A DNA stretch of 64,000 nucleotides, taken from an uncultured bacterium (GTDB lineage Bacteria > Auribacterota > JABMQX01 > JAFGEW01). The notes under the pieces were generated by a model, which saw only the letters and a program-made list of their open reading frames with translations, searched no databases and was not told where the DNA came from. The number at the start of each line of letters is the position of its first letter. Position 1 is the first letter of the stretch. Below, piece by piece: positions 55,144 to 64,000 of this stretch. The DNA lies in contig CBDUSE010000002.1 of NCBI GenBank assembly GCA_965369835.1, forward strand, positions 1,346 through 65,345, read 5' to 3'. The position numbers and the translations under genes were made by a program.

Positions 55144-55351
55144 GTCATTCTCGCGCGCAGGAAATGAAAAGCACGCGACCCTGTGCGAGTTGTCCGCAGG
55201 GGGACGGCATATTGATCCTCCCTTATGCCTTGCCCTCAAGCGCGTTGACGCAACAGACCAGTCTGTCTCCTGCTTCTGGTCTCGAAAGTGCGTAGAGCGG
55301 ATGACGATGACCCCGAGGGCTCCTGGAAGAGGGGATCAGGGTGGAGCCGAT

Positions 55352-56011
55352 ATGAGAAGCGCCTCCGTGTTTGGAGTTTTGATTGTCCTCGCTTTGATAC
55401 TCGTACTGGCTGCGATGATCCGGCCGGCTTTCCAGAAAGCGAGGAACGGTCTTCGCTCCCCCTGTATAAGACACCTGAAGCAGCTCGGGCTTGCGCTCAA
55501 GCAGTATTCCCACGACTACAGCGACCGCTATCCGTGGGAGGCCGGCTTGTCGCAACCACAGTGGACCTTTCTGGGGAAGCTTTGTCCAACGTACATCGAG
55601 GATCGGGTCATCTTTACATGCCCAGTTTCTAAGGACCGGAAGCTCAAGCGGCTTGGGTGGAAAGAGAGCAAGCCTTTTGCATCCTTCCGCCAATCTGACG
55701 TGATCAGTTATGCGTACGGCAAGGACTCGCGTAATCCGGGTCGGCCGATCGCATGGACCGAGAACGCGCGCTCGACCATCCGTCTTCTCGCCGACAAGAA
55801 GGCGGGCATTGGCTTGACCAAGCGGTCGAACCACAAGCTCGATGGTCGGAACGTCCTCTATCACGATGGCCACGTCAGGTGGAAGCCGGGCCCACGCGCC
55901 CTCGATCCCGACGAGGCCTTGTCTAGCGACGAGGACGACGACGCGATCGGCGCGCCCGGCGCCGCCGACTACTGCGCCTGGTGGTCCGACCCGCCGTACT
56001 ATGGCGAGTAG
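55352..56011 (+). CDS. DUF1559/H-X9-DG-like pseudopilin-like protein with an N-terminal TM anchor. An alternative GTG start at 55061 would put 30-bp repeats inside the coding sequence
   Basis: GGTGGAG Shine-Dalgarno 5 nt before ATG 55352. After the TM helix, KARNGLRSPCIRHLKQLGLALKQYSHDYSDRYP resembles the GspG-like helix of DUF1559 proteins. The C-terminal NVLYHDGHVRW resembles the H-X9-DG motif. It lacks a canonical GFTLIE prepilin leader. Confidence 0.55.
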   Translation: MRSASVFGVLIVLALILVLAAMIRPAFQKARNGLRSPCIRHLKQLGLALKQYSHDYSDRYPWEAGLSQPQWTFLGKLCPTYIEDRVIFTCPVSKDRKLKRLGWKESKPFASFRQSDVISYAYGKDSRNPGRPIAWTENARSTIRLLADKKAGIGLTKRSNHKLDGRNVLYHDGHVRWKPGPRALDPDEALSSDEDDDAIGAPGAADYCAWWSDPPYYGE

Positions 56012-56509
56012 GTACGCGAAGGGCGATTCGCGGATGAGCGATCTCTGTTGGACATCCTCACGAAGTGCGCGGCGCTTCACGCGGCCTGCATAGACGAAGG
56101 CTCATCGAGATTGAAGGCTTGCGCTTTTCAGCGACGGAGCGGGGCTGGTCGGCGAACAGAAGCAACTGTCCTGCATGGCATACCGTCCCGGCCGGCCCCG
56201 TCCCCGTTGTTCAAAGGAATGCCGGGCACAACGGCCGATTTCCCGAGATTCGCCATCCCGCACGCCCTTTGAGCACGTGCGGGATTGGGCGGCGGCCTCC
56301 AGTCCTCATCTACACCAGTACCGATCGGTAGCGGTGCATTGCCTTGAACCCGAACTGATAGTCGAGCGTCTCCGCCGTCGAGCGGAGGATCCCTTTCGGC
56401 ATGCTGAGCAGCCCAAGCAGGCGGCTTTCATACGGCGCGCGCGCTTCGCGCCCCGTCCGGCGCGGCCGGTACAGTTTGAAGATGAACATTGCTCCATGCC
56501 CGCACGCGA

Positions 56510-57856
56510 TCACTCTTCGCCGCAGATCACGCCGGAGTTCCAGACGTAGTCGGCGCTCAGCCAGCGGGGCTTCCTCTCCTTGATCTTTCCGCCGTCGTCT
56601 TTAAGATTCGCGCCGACGCTCCAGAGCGTGAACGAGCCGTCCGCCTCGCGCCTATAGCGTAGCAGTCCCCCCGAAAACGGATCAATCCCGCGGAACAGCA
56701 TGAGCGCCTTCGCGTCGTGGAGCCTCGCGGGGTACCTTCCGTGCCTCGCCCTGTACCGTGCCAGGGCCAGGAAGACGTCGGTGACCATCCATACCACCTC
56801 CTGCTGCGCGTGCAGGATGGGATACCTCATCATGGTGCTGTGACTAACAAACGGGCCCATGTCTTGGCCGCGCACGGAAGCGCGTAACTGGGCCTGAGCA
56901 CGTCGGAGCCGGTCATGCCTCGTTTTCGACATGAGCATTTTCGGTTTCACATACTCCGGGGTCGGCAACTGAGCCGCCGCCTCGAAGGCATCCCAGAACT
57001 CTATGTCTGCTCTGCGGATCCATGCCTGGACTTGCGGCAAAGGTGCCCCATCCAGTCGAAACACGTAGTCCATCGCCGCTCGCAACTGGACGCGCTCGGA
57101 CCGGATGATGGCGAGGTGGCTTGGGCAGAGCTTGCGCAGCCTCACCAGCCGCATCTGGGCGCCAAGTAGGACCTCGTTAGGGACCTGGCGCTCGGCGGCG
57201 CAAACCCGCACTCCCTTGATGCCGATCCTGCAAATGCACATGGCAGTTAATGCATCCAGAAGCCGCCTGTCCTGGCTGACGTGCGCGCCAAGCGCCACTG
57301 CGGTCAGGTACGTGTCCATCGCGACGGCCAAATCCCCGTCGTGCTCGTGCAGCAAGCCGACAAACCAGAGGAACCGCGCCAGCTCGCGCTCTTGTCGGTA
57401 CAGCGGAAGGTGCGGCGCGCCGAAGATCACCCGCTCGGGCCCTGCGAAAACGCCAGGAGGCGCCTCGACGAACGGGAAATGCGACGCCTGCTTCACCGCC
57501 CCGGCACGCAGGTGCTTCAACGTCTCCTGGTTCTCAGCCACGTACTCTCTCAGTTCCTTGTCGTCGTCAGGCCATCCTTCGCGCAGCACATCCAGGGGGT
57601 CACGACCAGTCTCGCCCTGCCAAGGCTTATAGGCATTGATCGTCTTGAGATAGTCGGTCGCCGCGTTCTTCTCGGGAGGGACGTCCGAGAACTGGTAGCC
57701 CATCTTGCGGAAGACCTCGTCGGGGATGACGCGGTACTCCTTGCCGGCAATCGTGATCGTCTCCGGCTCGGCTGGTTCGGCGGCGGACACACTGATGCCA
57801 CACCCGATGATGTGCGGCATCAGGACGGCAAGGGAGAAACAAACTGCGCGCTTCAT
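56510..57856 (-). CDS. Paralog A of a secreted protein family (lipoprotein signal ...HIIGC) with a GspG-pseudopilin-like C-terminus
   Basis: C-terminus YRARHGRYPARLHDAKAL...DPFSGGLLRYRREADGSFTLWSVGANLKDDGG...VWN mirrors the GspG pattern (YRLDNxRYPTTEQGLxAL...DPWGxxY...G.DG..G). It shares about 30-40% identity by eye with the next two ORFs. Confidence 0.55.
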   Translation of the reverse strand: MKRAVCFSLAVLMPHIIGCGISVSAAEPAEPETITIAGKEYRVIPDEVFRKMGYQFSDVPPEKNAATDYLKTINAYKPWQGETGRDPLDVLREGWPDDDKELREYVAENQETLKHLRAGAVKQASHFPFVEAPPGVFAGPERVIFGAPHLPLYRQERELARFLWFVGLLHEHDGDLAVAMDTYLTAVALGAHVSQDRRLLDALTAMCICRIGIKGVRVCAAERQVPNEVLLGAQMRLVRLRKLCPSHLAIIRSERVQLRAAMDYVFRLDGAPLPQVQAWIRRADIEFWDAFEAAAQLPTPEYVKPKMLMSKTRHDRLRRAQAQLRASVRGQDMGPFVSHSTMMRYPILHAQQEVVWMVTDVFLALARYRARHGRYPARLHDAKALMLFRGIDPFSGGLLRYRREADGSFTLWSVGANLKDDGGKIKERKPRWLSADYVWNSGVICGEE

Positions 57857-57910
57857 CTGGCTCGTTCGACCTCCGCGACAAATACCACAGATATTATACA
57901 ACGCCGGGCG

Positions 57911-59275
57911 TTAGTCTGCACCGCAAAGCAATCCGGAGTTCCACACGTGGTCGTCCCCGCGCCAGGGGTTGTGCCGTTTCCCCACGTCGCCGCCGTCGTC
58001 CTCGAGGTTGCCACCGACGCTCCAGATCGTGAACGAGCCGTCCGGTTCGAGGCGATAGTTCAGCGGCTCGTCCGAGTACGGGTCCACACCGGCGGAGAGC
58101 ATCAGTCCCTCGAGCCCGTCAAGCGTTTCGGGGTACATGCCATGCTCGGCCGCGTAGCGCGCCAGGGCGAACTCGACGTCGAGGACGGTCCAGCAGAGTT
58201 CATCTCGGCCGTATTGAACGCGCGCGCCCCACAGCGCCGGCACGAGCATCCTCACAGTGCTCATCCGCGAAGTCTTCGCGTGCACTCGAGCCCGGAACTC
58301 GTCTTCCTTAGTGATGTACTCGTGAAGCGGCAATGCGAGCAGTTCGTCCATAAGGCGCCAGAACTCGCGCATCTCCCGTCGCACCTGCGCCTTCCCGCGC
58401 TCAGTTTGGAGCAGGAGCGCGAAGATGATCTCGCGTGGCTCGGGCTTTCCGCCCCACAGCTTCCAGATCCTCGCCGGGTGACGGATGAAGTACTCAGTCA
58501 TCTCCATCGAGAAGACCTGCTCGCCTCGCATGGCGACAGCGACGCGCGGCCGGTGCTCGGCAAGCTCGTGGACGCGCTTCTGCACTCGGGCGAGCGTCTC
58601 CTCGTCTATTTCGTAGCGCGCGAGGCACTGCTCGATCGCCTTCATGCCGATCGCATTGCAGGCGATACCGACCAGACCGTTGATGAGGATTGGATCCTGC
58701 GCGACATGGTCGCCGAGCCGAGGAATGAGCAGGTAGGCGTCGAGCGCATCCGCGTAGCGTCCCTCGAACTCGCGCGCCTTGCCTTCGGTCACAAGGAACC
58801 GCGCAAGCTCGCGGATTACCGACAGGTGGGGCAGCAGGATACCCGCGACCGATACGTCCTCGAGCGATTTGCCCTCATCAACCAGGAAAGGGAAATGGCA
58901 TACTGCCTTGGCGCCGGCTTGCTCAATCAGCGCCAACGGCTTCTCGTTCTCCTCGAGGTACTTCGCCAGCGGGCCGGACTCCTCGGTCCAGCAATCACGC
59001 AGCACTGCATCGCGCAGCTTGTTGGCTTGCGAACGATGCTCCAGCCCCGCATACGCCTCGATTACTTGAAGGTAGTAGGTCGCTGCATTCTCCTCGGGCG
59101 GCACCTCCGGCAGCACAAATCCCATGGCCCGGAACACCTCATCGGGCACAACGGTGTAGGTCCTATCATGAATCGTGATCGTTTCCGCCTTTGGCTCATC
59201 CGTGACCGCTTTGTCCTGCGCCAGGGCCGGCGCCGCCATGCACACCACCAGCAGAATCAGAATGAATACTCTCAT
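57911..59275 (-). CDS. Paralog B (Sec signal peptide ...APALA/QD), same family
   Basis: Conserved PDEVFRAMGF...PPEENAATYYL near the N-terminus and YAAEHGMYPETLDGLEGL...DPYSDEPLNYRLEPDGSFTIWSVGGNLEDDGG at the C-terminus. Strong GGAGGAGGAG Shine-Dalgarno. Confidence 0.55.
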   Translation of the reverse strand: MRVFILILLVVCMAAPALAQDKAVTDEPKAETITIHDRTYTVVPDEVFRAMGFVLPEVPPEENAATYYLQVIEAYAGLEHRSQANKLRDAVLRDCWTEESGPLAKYLEENEKPLALIEQAGAKAVCHFPFLVDEGKSLEDVSVAGILLPHLSVIRELARFLVTEGKAREFEGRYADALDAYLLIPRLGDHVAQDPILINGLVGIACNAIGMKAIEQCLARYEIDEETLARVQKRVHELAEHRPRVAVAMRGEQVFSMEMTEYFIRHPARIWKLWGGKPEPREIIFALLLQTERGKAQVRREMREFWRLMDELLALPLHEYITKEDEFRARVHAKTSRMSTVRMLVPALWGARVQYGRDELCWTVLDVEFALARYAAEHGMYPETLDGLEGLMLSAGVDPYSDEPLNYRLEPDGSFTIWSVGGNLEDDGGDVGKRHNPWRGDDHVWNSGLLCGAD

Positions 59276-59338
59276 CGTCTCCTCCTCCAATCCGAGCGTG
59301 TGCCGCAGGCTCCGTGGTTTCCGTGCTGCATGCAACGA

Positions 59339-60862
59339 TTACTCCTCCGCGTGCCGCTCGGTTGACCAGCCTTCCGCAGGCCGCCGGCCGTCGTGCTTCA
59401 CGTACTCCTCGAACGGTGGGGCAGGCGCAAGATGCGAAGGGAAGACCAGGTCATCGCCCGCCGGGGGAACTGCGGCCTGCCCAATGGGCCGGAAAAGCGT
59501 TTCACCCCACCGTAGATCTGGGATCTTGGTCTTGTCCACGCGCTGGTCCAATCCGCCATCGTCCTGAAGGTTCGGACCGACGCTGTAGAACACGTAACCG
59601 TCTCCCTCGAGCCGGTAGTGGAAGGGTTCCTCGACGTACGGATCGAGTGGGATGGTGCCCAGATACGGTTTGATCTCATCGAGCGTGTCAGGATACCCGC
59701 CGTGCTCGCCCTTGTAGAGCGCCAGACCGATGCGGACCTCCGCGGCCGCATAGCGCAACTCAAGGAACCCGTGTCGGGTATGCGCCTCAAGAGCCAACTG
59801 AGCGAATCCGCCAGCCAGCCCCGCCCACCGATCTCCGGGCGACGCATACACAGCTCCTCGCGCTTTCGCCAGGGCCCGTTGCCTTGCAGGACCCGTCACC
59901 CCCTCCACGTCGGCCACCTTATCGAACAGCGCCTCAGTTGCTCGCTTCATCTTGCTGCGCAGTGTCCGGGAGCGCCCGAGCACGGGCCCTTCGAGGGAAC
60001 AAAGGTGCAATCCGCCCAATTCGTCTCGGGTAAACTTGCCGAAGGAGTCGACGTAGTTCAGCGCCAGCGCCCGCTCGCCGCTGACAACGGTGGCCACGCC
60101 CGGAAGCCGTGCCTCGATCTGCCGGAGCCTTGTGAGCGCCCCGCCCAGCACACGGGGAGATGGATTGCTCAGGACCCATCGCTCAAGGGCCGTAAGACCA
60201 ATGTCGTTCACGGCGGCGCCGACTAGGAAATAAATCAGCGAGGGGCCTTCGGCAAGATGGATGCCCAGCTGAAGTGGAGCGAGGAAATCCTCGAGCGCTT
60301 CCTCTTCGTCACCCTCGGCCACGGCGAGCCAGCCCTTGCACACCAAACCCCGGCCGAGACTGCGGGCACCGGCAAGGCCAGGGTACTCGGCGTTATAGAG
60401 CAACTCGTCGTTCATCCGGATCGGCCATTTGGCGCGGGCTTTGACGATGCCCCTACTGGCCTGCTCGAACGCCGGCTCGGCAGCGGCCAGGTAGCTCCAC
60501 AGCAGCTCACACTCACCGGGCCAGCCGTGCCGCATGACGTAGTCATGTTGCTCCCAAAATACGGCTCGCTGGTCCTTGTCCTTCGGTCTCGGCGGCAGCA
60601 TCTCGGCTGCGGCCAGGTAATCGAATGCCGCATTCTCCTCCGTGGGCAGATCGGGCACGTCCAGGCCCTTCGCTCGAAGGTAGTAGTCGGGTGTCACGAT
60701 CCAGTCGAAGCCGGCATGCGACACGATCATGGTCGGCGCATGCCTGTCACTAGGAGACCAGTCGAAGTCGAGGACGATGAAGATGACCAGGAGGCCGAGG
60801 AGTACCAGCATCACGCGCCCAACGATGCGGCGCCCGAACTTCTTTCGCGGCCGTTGAGACAT
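59339..60862 (-). CDS. Paralog C (N-terminal signal-anchor), same family
   Basis: PTEENAAFDYL motif and YKGEHGGYPDTLDEIKPYLG...DPYVEEPFHYRLEGDGYVFYSVGPNLQDDGG C-terminus. Confidence 0.55.
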   Translation of the reverse strand: MSQRPRKKFGRRIVGRVMLVLLGLLVIFIVLDFDWSPSDRHAPTMIVSHAGFDWIVTPDYYLRAKGLDVPDLPTEENAAFDYLAAAEMLPPRPKDKDQRAVFWEQHDYVMRHGWPGECELLWSYLAAAEPAFEQASRGIVKARAKWPIRMNDELLYNAEYPGLAGARSLGRGLVCKGWLAVAEGDEEEALEDFLAPLQLGIHLAEGPSLIYFLVGAAVNDIGLTALERWVLSNPSPRVLGGALTRLRQIEARLPGVATVVSGERALALNYVDSFGKFTRDELGGLHLCSLEGPVLGRSRTLRSKMKRATEALFDKVADVEGVTGPARQRALAKARGAVYASPGDRWAGLAGGFAQLALEAHTRHGFLELRYAAAEVRIGLALYKGEHGGYPDTLDEIKPYLGTIPLDPYVEEPFHYRLEGDGYVFYSVGPNLQDDGGLDQRVDKTKIPDLRWGETLFRPIGQAAVPPAGDDLVFPSHLAPAPPFEEYVKHDGRRPAEGWSTERHAEE

Positions 60863-61118
60863 GGCCGACCTTCCTCCACCGTCATCGGCATGCGAGTTGA
60901 GCGTATCTGCAAACCCGGACGAATAGAACGATACGCCCAAACGGGTGCACGATCAATGCCAGCGCGTGGGGACAATGCTAACTTGCGTTGCCGCAAGGGG
61001 TTACACAAAACCACCGCGCTCTCGTGTTCGCCCGATGCATAGGCAAATGGCGAGATTCACCGGATCGCCGTGAAAATGACCGGACATCCGCAGCTCGCAG
61101 CGTATCGTGACGACCGGC

Positions 61119-62207
61119 TCAGCGTTTCTTCTTCCTTCGGGCGCGGGGGTCGGAAAAACCCTCGAGCGAGCCGAAGGCGCCGAAGTTGGGGAAGGCGTCG
61201 AAGTCGGGGGTGACTTCCTGGGGGAAGCGGGCGGCGCGCCAGGCGCCGAGGCCGGCGACCATGGCGGCGTTGTCGGTGCAGAGTTCTTTGGGGGGGAAGT
61301 AAACGGGAACGCCGCGCTCGGATGCGGCGTCCTCGAACATCGCGCGGAGCGCCTGGTTGCGCGAGACGCCGCCACAGACGACGACCGACTGCGCGACGAA
61401 CTCCTCGGCCGCCCACATCGCTTTCTTGACGAGCGGCTCGAAGGCGGCAGCCTGATAGCCGGCGGCGATGTCGGCCCGTTCGGCATCGGCGATCAAGTCT
61501 GCATCACGCCGCGAAGCGGCGTACCCCTTCATGTGGTAGAGCACGGCGGTCTTGAGACCAGCGTAGCTGAAATCGTAGTTGCCCCGGCGCATCATCGCGC
61601 GGGGAAACTCGATTACCCTCGGGTTACCCTCGGCCGCGAGCTTCTCGACGAGCGGCCCGCCCAGGTACGGCAGGCCGAGCAGCGTGGCGACCTTGTCGCC
61701 CGCTTCGCCAACGGCGTCGTCCACCGTGCCGCCGAGCCAGCGGTACCGGCCGAAATCCTCCATCAGGAAAAGGACGGTGTGGCCGCCGCTGATGGCGAGG
61801 CCGATAGCGGGGAAGGCGACGCCGTCGTTCGACATCACCGCGGAATAGAGGTGCGCCTCGACGTGGTTTACACCGATGATGCGCGTTCCAAGGGAACGCG
61901 AAAGGCTCTTCGCGAAGCTCACGCCGATGAGCAGCGCGCCGATCAGGCCCGGGCCTTTGACCACGCTGATCAGACCGACATCGCGCATCGCGACGCCCGC
62001 CTCGTCGAGCGCGCTCTCGACCGTCTGCGAGATCACCTCGACGTGGCGCCGGCAGGCGAGCTCCGGCACGACGCCGCCGTATCTCGCGTGCAGATCGAAC
62101 TGTGAGGCGACGATGTTGGAGCGTATCCGGCGCTCACCCTCGACGACGGCGGCCGAGGTCTCGTCGCAGCTCGTCTCGATCCCAAGCGTCAGCATCGGGT
62201 GTATCAC
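61119..62207 (-). CDS. tsaD: tRNA N6-adenosine threonylcarbamoyltransferase TsaD
   Basis: LGIETSCDETSAAVV ... GVNHVEAHL ... GGVSRNQALR. Confidence 0.9.
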   Translation of the reverse strand: MIHPMLTLGIETSCDETSAAVVEGERRIRSNIVASQFDLHARYGGVVPELACRRHVEVISQTVESALDEAGVAMRDVGLISVVKGPGLIGALLIGVSFAKSLSRSLGTRIIGVNHVEAHLYSAVMSNDGVAFPAIGLAISGGHTVLFLMEDFGRYRWLGGTVDDAVGEAGDKVATLLGLPYLGGPLVEKLAAEGNPRVIEFPRAMMRRGNYDFSYAGLKTAVLYHMKGYAASRRDADLIADAERADIAAGYQAAAFEPLVKKAMWAAEEFVAQSVVVCGGVSRNQALRAMFEDAASERGVPVYFPPKELCTDNAAMVAGLGAWRAARFPQEVTPDFDAFPNFGAFGSLEGFSDPRARRKKKR

Positions 62208-62308
62208 GGAAGGGCCATCTCGTTCGGCTGTATAGGTAGTCTGCTTGCGCTCATTTTGGCCGAACGGGAGACGCGTAGCAAGGCAGGACTCCGCGTGCTC
62301 GGGACGCG

Positions 62309-62839
62309 TTACTTGACGATCTTGAACATGGTGGCGCCGGGCCGGCGATCGGGAAAATCGGTGACCGGGCGGCTCGGGCCCACCGGCACGATGGCTACCG
62401 GGCGCAGGTGGTCGGGGATGTTGAGCACCTCGCGGACCGCGTCCTCGTCAAACGAGCCGACCCAGCATGCGCCGTAGCCGAGCATGTTCGCCACGATCAG
62501 CAGGTTCTCGACCGCTGCGCCGCTGTCCTGGTAACAGTACAGGTCGCGCCCCCGGTCCTTGTATGTAGTGGCGGAGAGTTCCGGATCGGCACAGATAACA
62601 AAAACGAGCGACGCTTTCTCGATGAAGTACTGGCGGTTGGCTGCCGTGGCGAGGTCCGACTGCACGTCCTGGCTCGCTACCGCGTAGAAGAACCAGGGCT
62701 GGACGTTGCCGGCCGACGGCGCCGAACGCAGCGCCTCCATCAACAGGTCCACGTCCTCCGGTTCGACGGGCTCGTTCAGGAACTCGCGGGCCGAATGCCG
62801 TTGAAGGACATACTCAACCGCTTGCCGACCTTCTGTCAT
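62309..62839 (-). CDS. Nitroreductase-family protein
   Basis: RHSAREF ... PSAGNVQPW ... GYGACWVG pattern of an FMN-dependent nitroreductase. Confidence 0.8.
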   Translation of the reverse strand: MTEGRQAVEYVLQRHSAREFLNEPVEPEDVDLLMEALRSAPSAGNVQPWFFYAVASQDVQSDLATAANRQYFIEKASLVFVICADPELSATTYKDRGRDLYCYQDSGAAVENLLIVANMLGYGACWVGSFDEDAVREVLNIPDHLRPVAIVPVGPSRPVTDFPDRRPGATMFKIVK

Positions 62840-62923
62840 CGTTCCGCCTCCGCTGCCGTGGGTCGTTGCCCGTGAAACGATCTGATTGAGCGAGCGCCGG
62901 CGTGCGCTCGCCGCCCCGATCCT

Positions 62924-63715
62924 TTACGACATTACCTGGCCGCCGTCAACATTCAATGCCTGGCCGGTGACGTAGCTCGCCTCGTCGCTCGAGAGGTAGA
63001 GCACGGCCGCGACCACGTCCGCGTAGGTACCGCCCCGCCCGAGCGGCACCTGCGAGACGTGGCGGGCCCGGACCTCCTCCTTGCTGAGGCCCCACTTGTC
63101 CGCGTCCTGCGCGTAGAAGCTCTCGACCCAGAGCGGCGAATCGAGCAGGTTGCCCGGGCAGACAGCGTTGACGCGGATGGCGTACGGCGCGAGCTCGAGC
63201 GCGAGGCTCTGCGTCAGGCCGATGCCGCCGAACTTCGACGCGGCGTAGGCCGAGTTCCTGGAGCTGCCGACGCGGCCGGACTTCGAGTTGATCTGCACGA
63301 TCGCCCCGCCGCCGCGCTCCTTCATTGCGCGCGCCGCGTGCTTGGCGCAGAGGAAGTAGCCGACGAGGTTGACCTCGATCACCCGCCGCCACGCCGCGGC
63401 GTCGAACTCGGTCACATCTGCGGCGGTCAGGGTTTCCGCGTTGCTCACCAGCACGTCGAGGCGCTTGTACACGTCGAGCGTCGCCTGGACCATTCGCTGC
63501 ACGCTGCGCTCGTTGGTGACATCCGTCTGCACCGGGATCACGCGCGTCGGCGCCATCTCGTGCAGACGATGTGCCGTCTCGTCGAGCGTTACCGCATTGA
63601 CGTCCGCCAGCGCGACGGACGCGCCTTCCGCCAGGTAGGCCTCGGCAACCGCCAGGCCGAGTCCGCGCGCCGCGCCGGTGACAACGACCACTTTGTTTTT
63701 GAATCGCTCGCCCAT
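62924..63715 (-). CDS. Short-chain dehydrogenase/reductase (SDR) family oxidoreductase
   Basis: TGAARGLG Rossmann motif, NAET and YAASK catalytic tetrad elements. Confidence 0.85.
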   Translation of the reverse strand: MGERFKNKVVVVTGAARGLGLAVAEAYLAEGASVALADVNAVTLDETAHRLHEMAPTRVIPVQTDVTNERSVQRMVQATLDVYKRLDVLVSNAETLTAADVTEFDAAAWRRVIEVNLVGYFLCAKHAARAMKERGGGAIVQINSKSGRVGSSRNSAYAASKFGGIGLTQSLALELAPYAIRVNAVCPGNLLDSPLWVESFYAQDADKWGLSKEEVRARHVSQVPLGRGGTYADVVAAVLYLSSDEASYVTGQALNVDGGQVMS

Positions 63716-64000
63716 CAGCCGAATCCTATCACCGATCTCAACCCGTCGCCACGCCTAACAGATCCCTGAAAGAAGCGAGAGCTCCGCGTGTCGAGATACG
63801 TCTGTCCTCGACGAGCTCGGCCGAACCGTTTGCCGCGAAAGACCCTTCGTGCTTGCACGCCGCGTGAGCCGCCCCAGCGGCGACCGCCAAACGCCCCTGC
63901 GGGGCTCGGAATCCTTCCGGCGTGAGGATGCCTGCCGTGGCAACGAGAAGCGCTGTGCGCGCCACATGCCGAGCGACCCGACTTGCCACCTGATTCCTCC

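Noticed and set aside
55061-55351. GTG start that would place the 30-bp tandem repeats (KEDLSSVASA x2) in the N-terminus of the DUF1559-like protein
   Set aside because: The ATG at 55352 has a well-spaced GGTGGAG Shine-Dalgarno and begins directly with the signal-anchor helix. A 97-aa cytoplasmic repeat-containing N-terminus is less parsimonious, though I could not exclude it.
63738-63989. 83-aa minus-strand ORF at the right edge with a hydrophobic N-terminus
   Set aside because: It is short, has no motif, and has an Ala/Gly-rich composition. It cannot be distinguished from a chance ORF without comparative data.

Overview
This is a high-G+C window (roughly two-thirds G+C by eye; I did not compute it) from a bacterial chromosome. 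Most of it is one very long minus-strand block of translation and transcription genes, about 32 kb from 40932 down to 8921. Reading in the direction of transcription (high to low coordinates) the order is: tRNA-Thr, tuf, rpmG, tRNA-Trp, secE, nusG, rplK, rplA, rplJ, rplL, rpoB, rpoC, rpsL, rpsG, fusA, a second identical tuf copy, the S10 block (rpsJ to rpsQ), the spc block (rplN to secY), adk, map, infA, rpmJ, rpsM, rpsK, rpoA, rplQ. It runs straight into hisD-hisC-hisB-hisH. Around this core are two accessory patches. (1) Between tRNA-Thr and mrdA-mreD-mreC, at 40933-45060, there is a visibly lower-GC two-gene module: an ABC-type P-loop ATPase whose start overlaps a small TOPRIM/DUF4276-like partner. 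I call this a candidate anti-phage defence pair. Next to it is a 60-codon C-terminal fragment of dnaE and three small hypothetical genes. (2) Downstream of mutL-miaA-hflX there is a 630-bp repeat-rich intergenic region, a DUF1559/H-X9-DG-like pseudopilin-like gene, and three tandem paralogous secreted proteins whose C-termini carry a GspG-pseudopilin-like motif. Other oddities include 12-bp tandem repeats that encode a Lys/Arg-rich N-terminal tail on HisB, and long low-complexity tails on L17 and L10. rpsD is absent between rpsK and rpoA, rpmD (L30) is absent between rpsE and rplO, and hfq is absent between miaA and hflX. A large polytopic-membrane plus coiled-coil protein sits after the his genes. 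I found no rRNA genes, CRISPR arrays, transposases or integrases. The DUF1559-like gene hints at a Planctomycetota-like or related lineage, but that is inference only.
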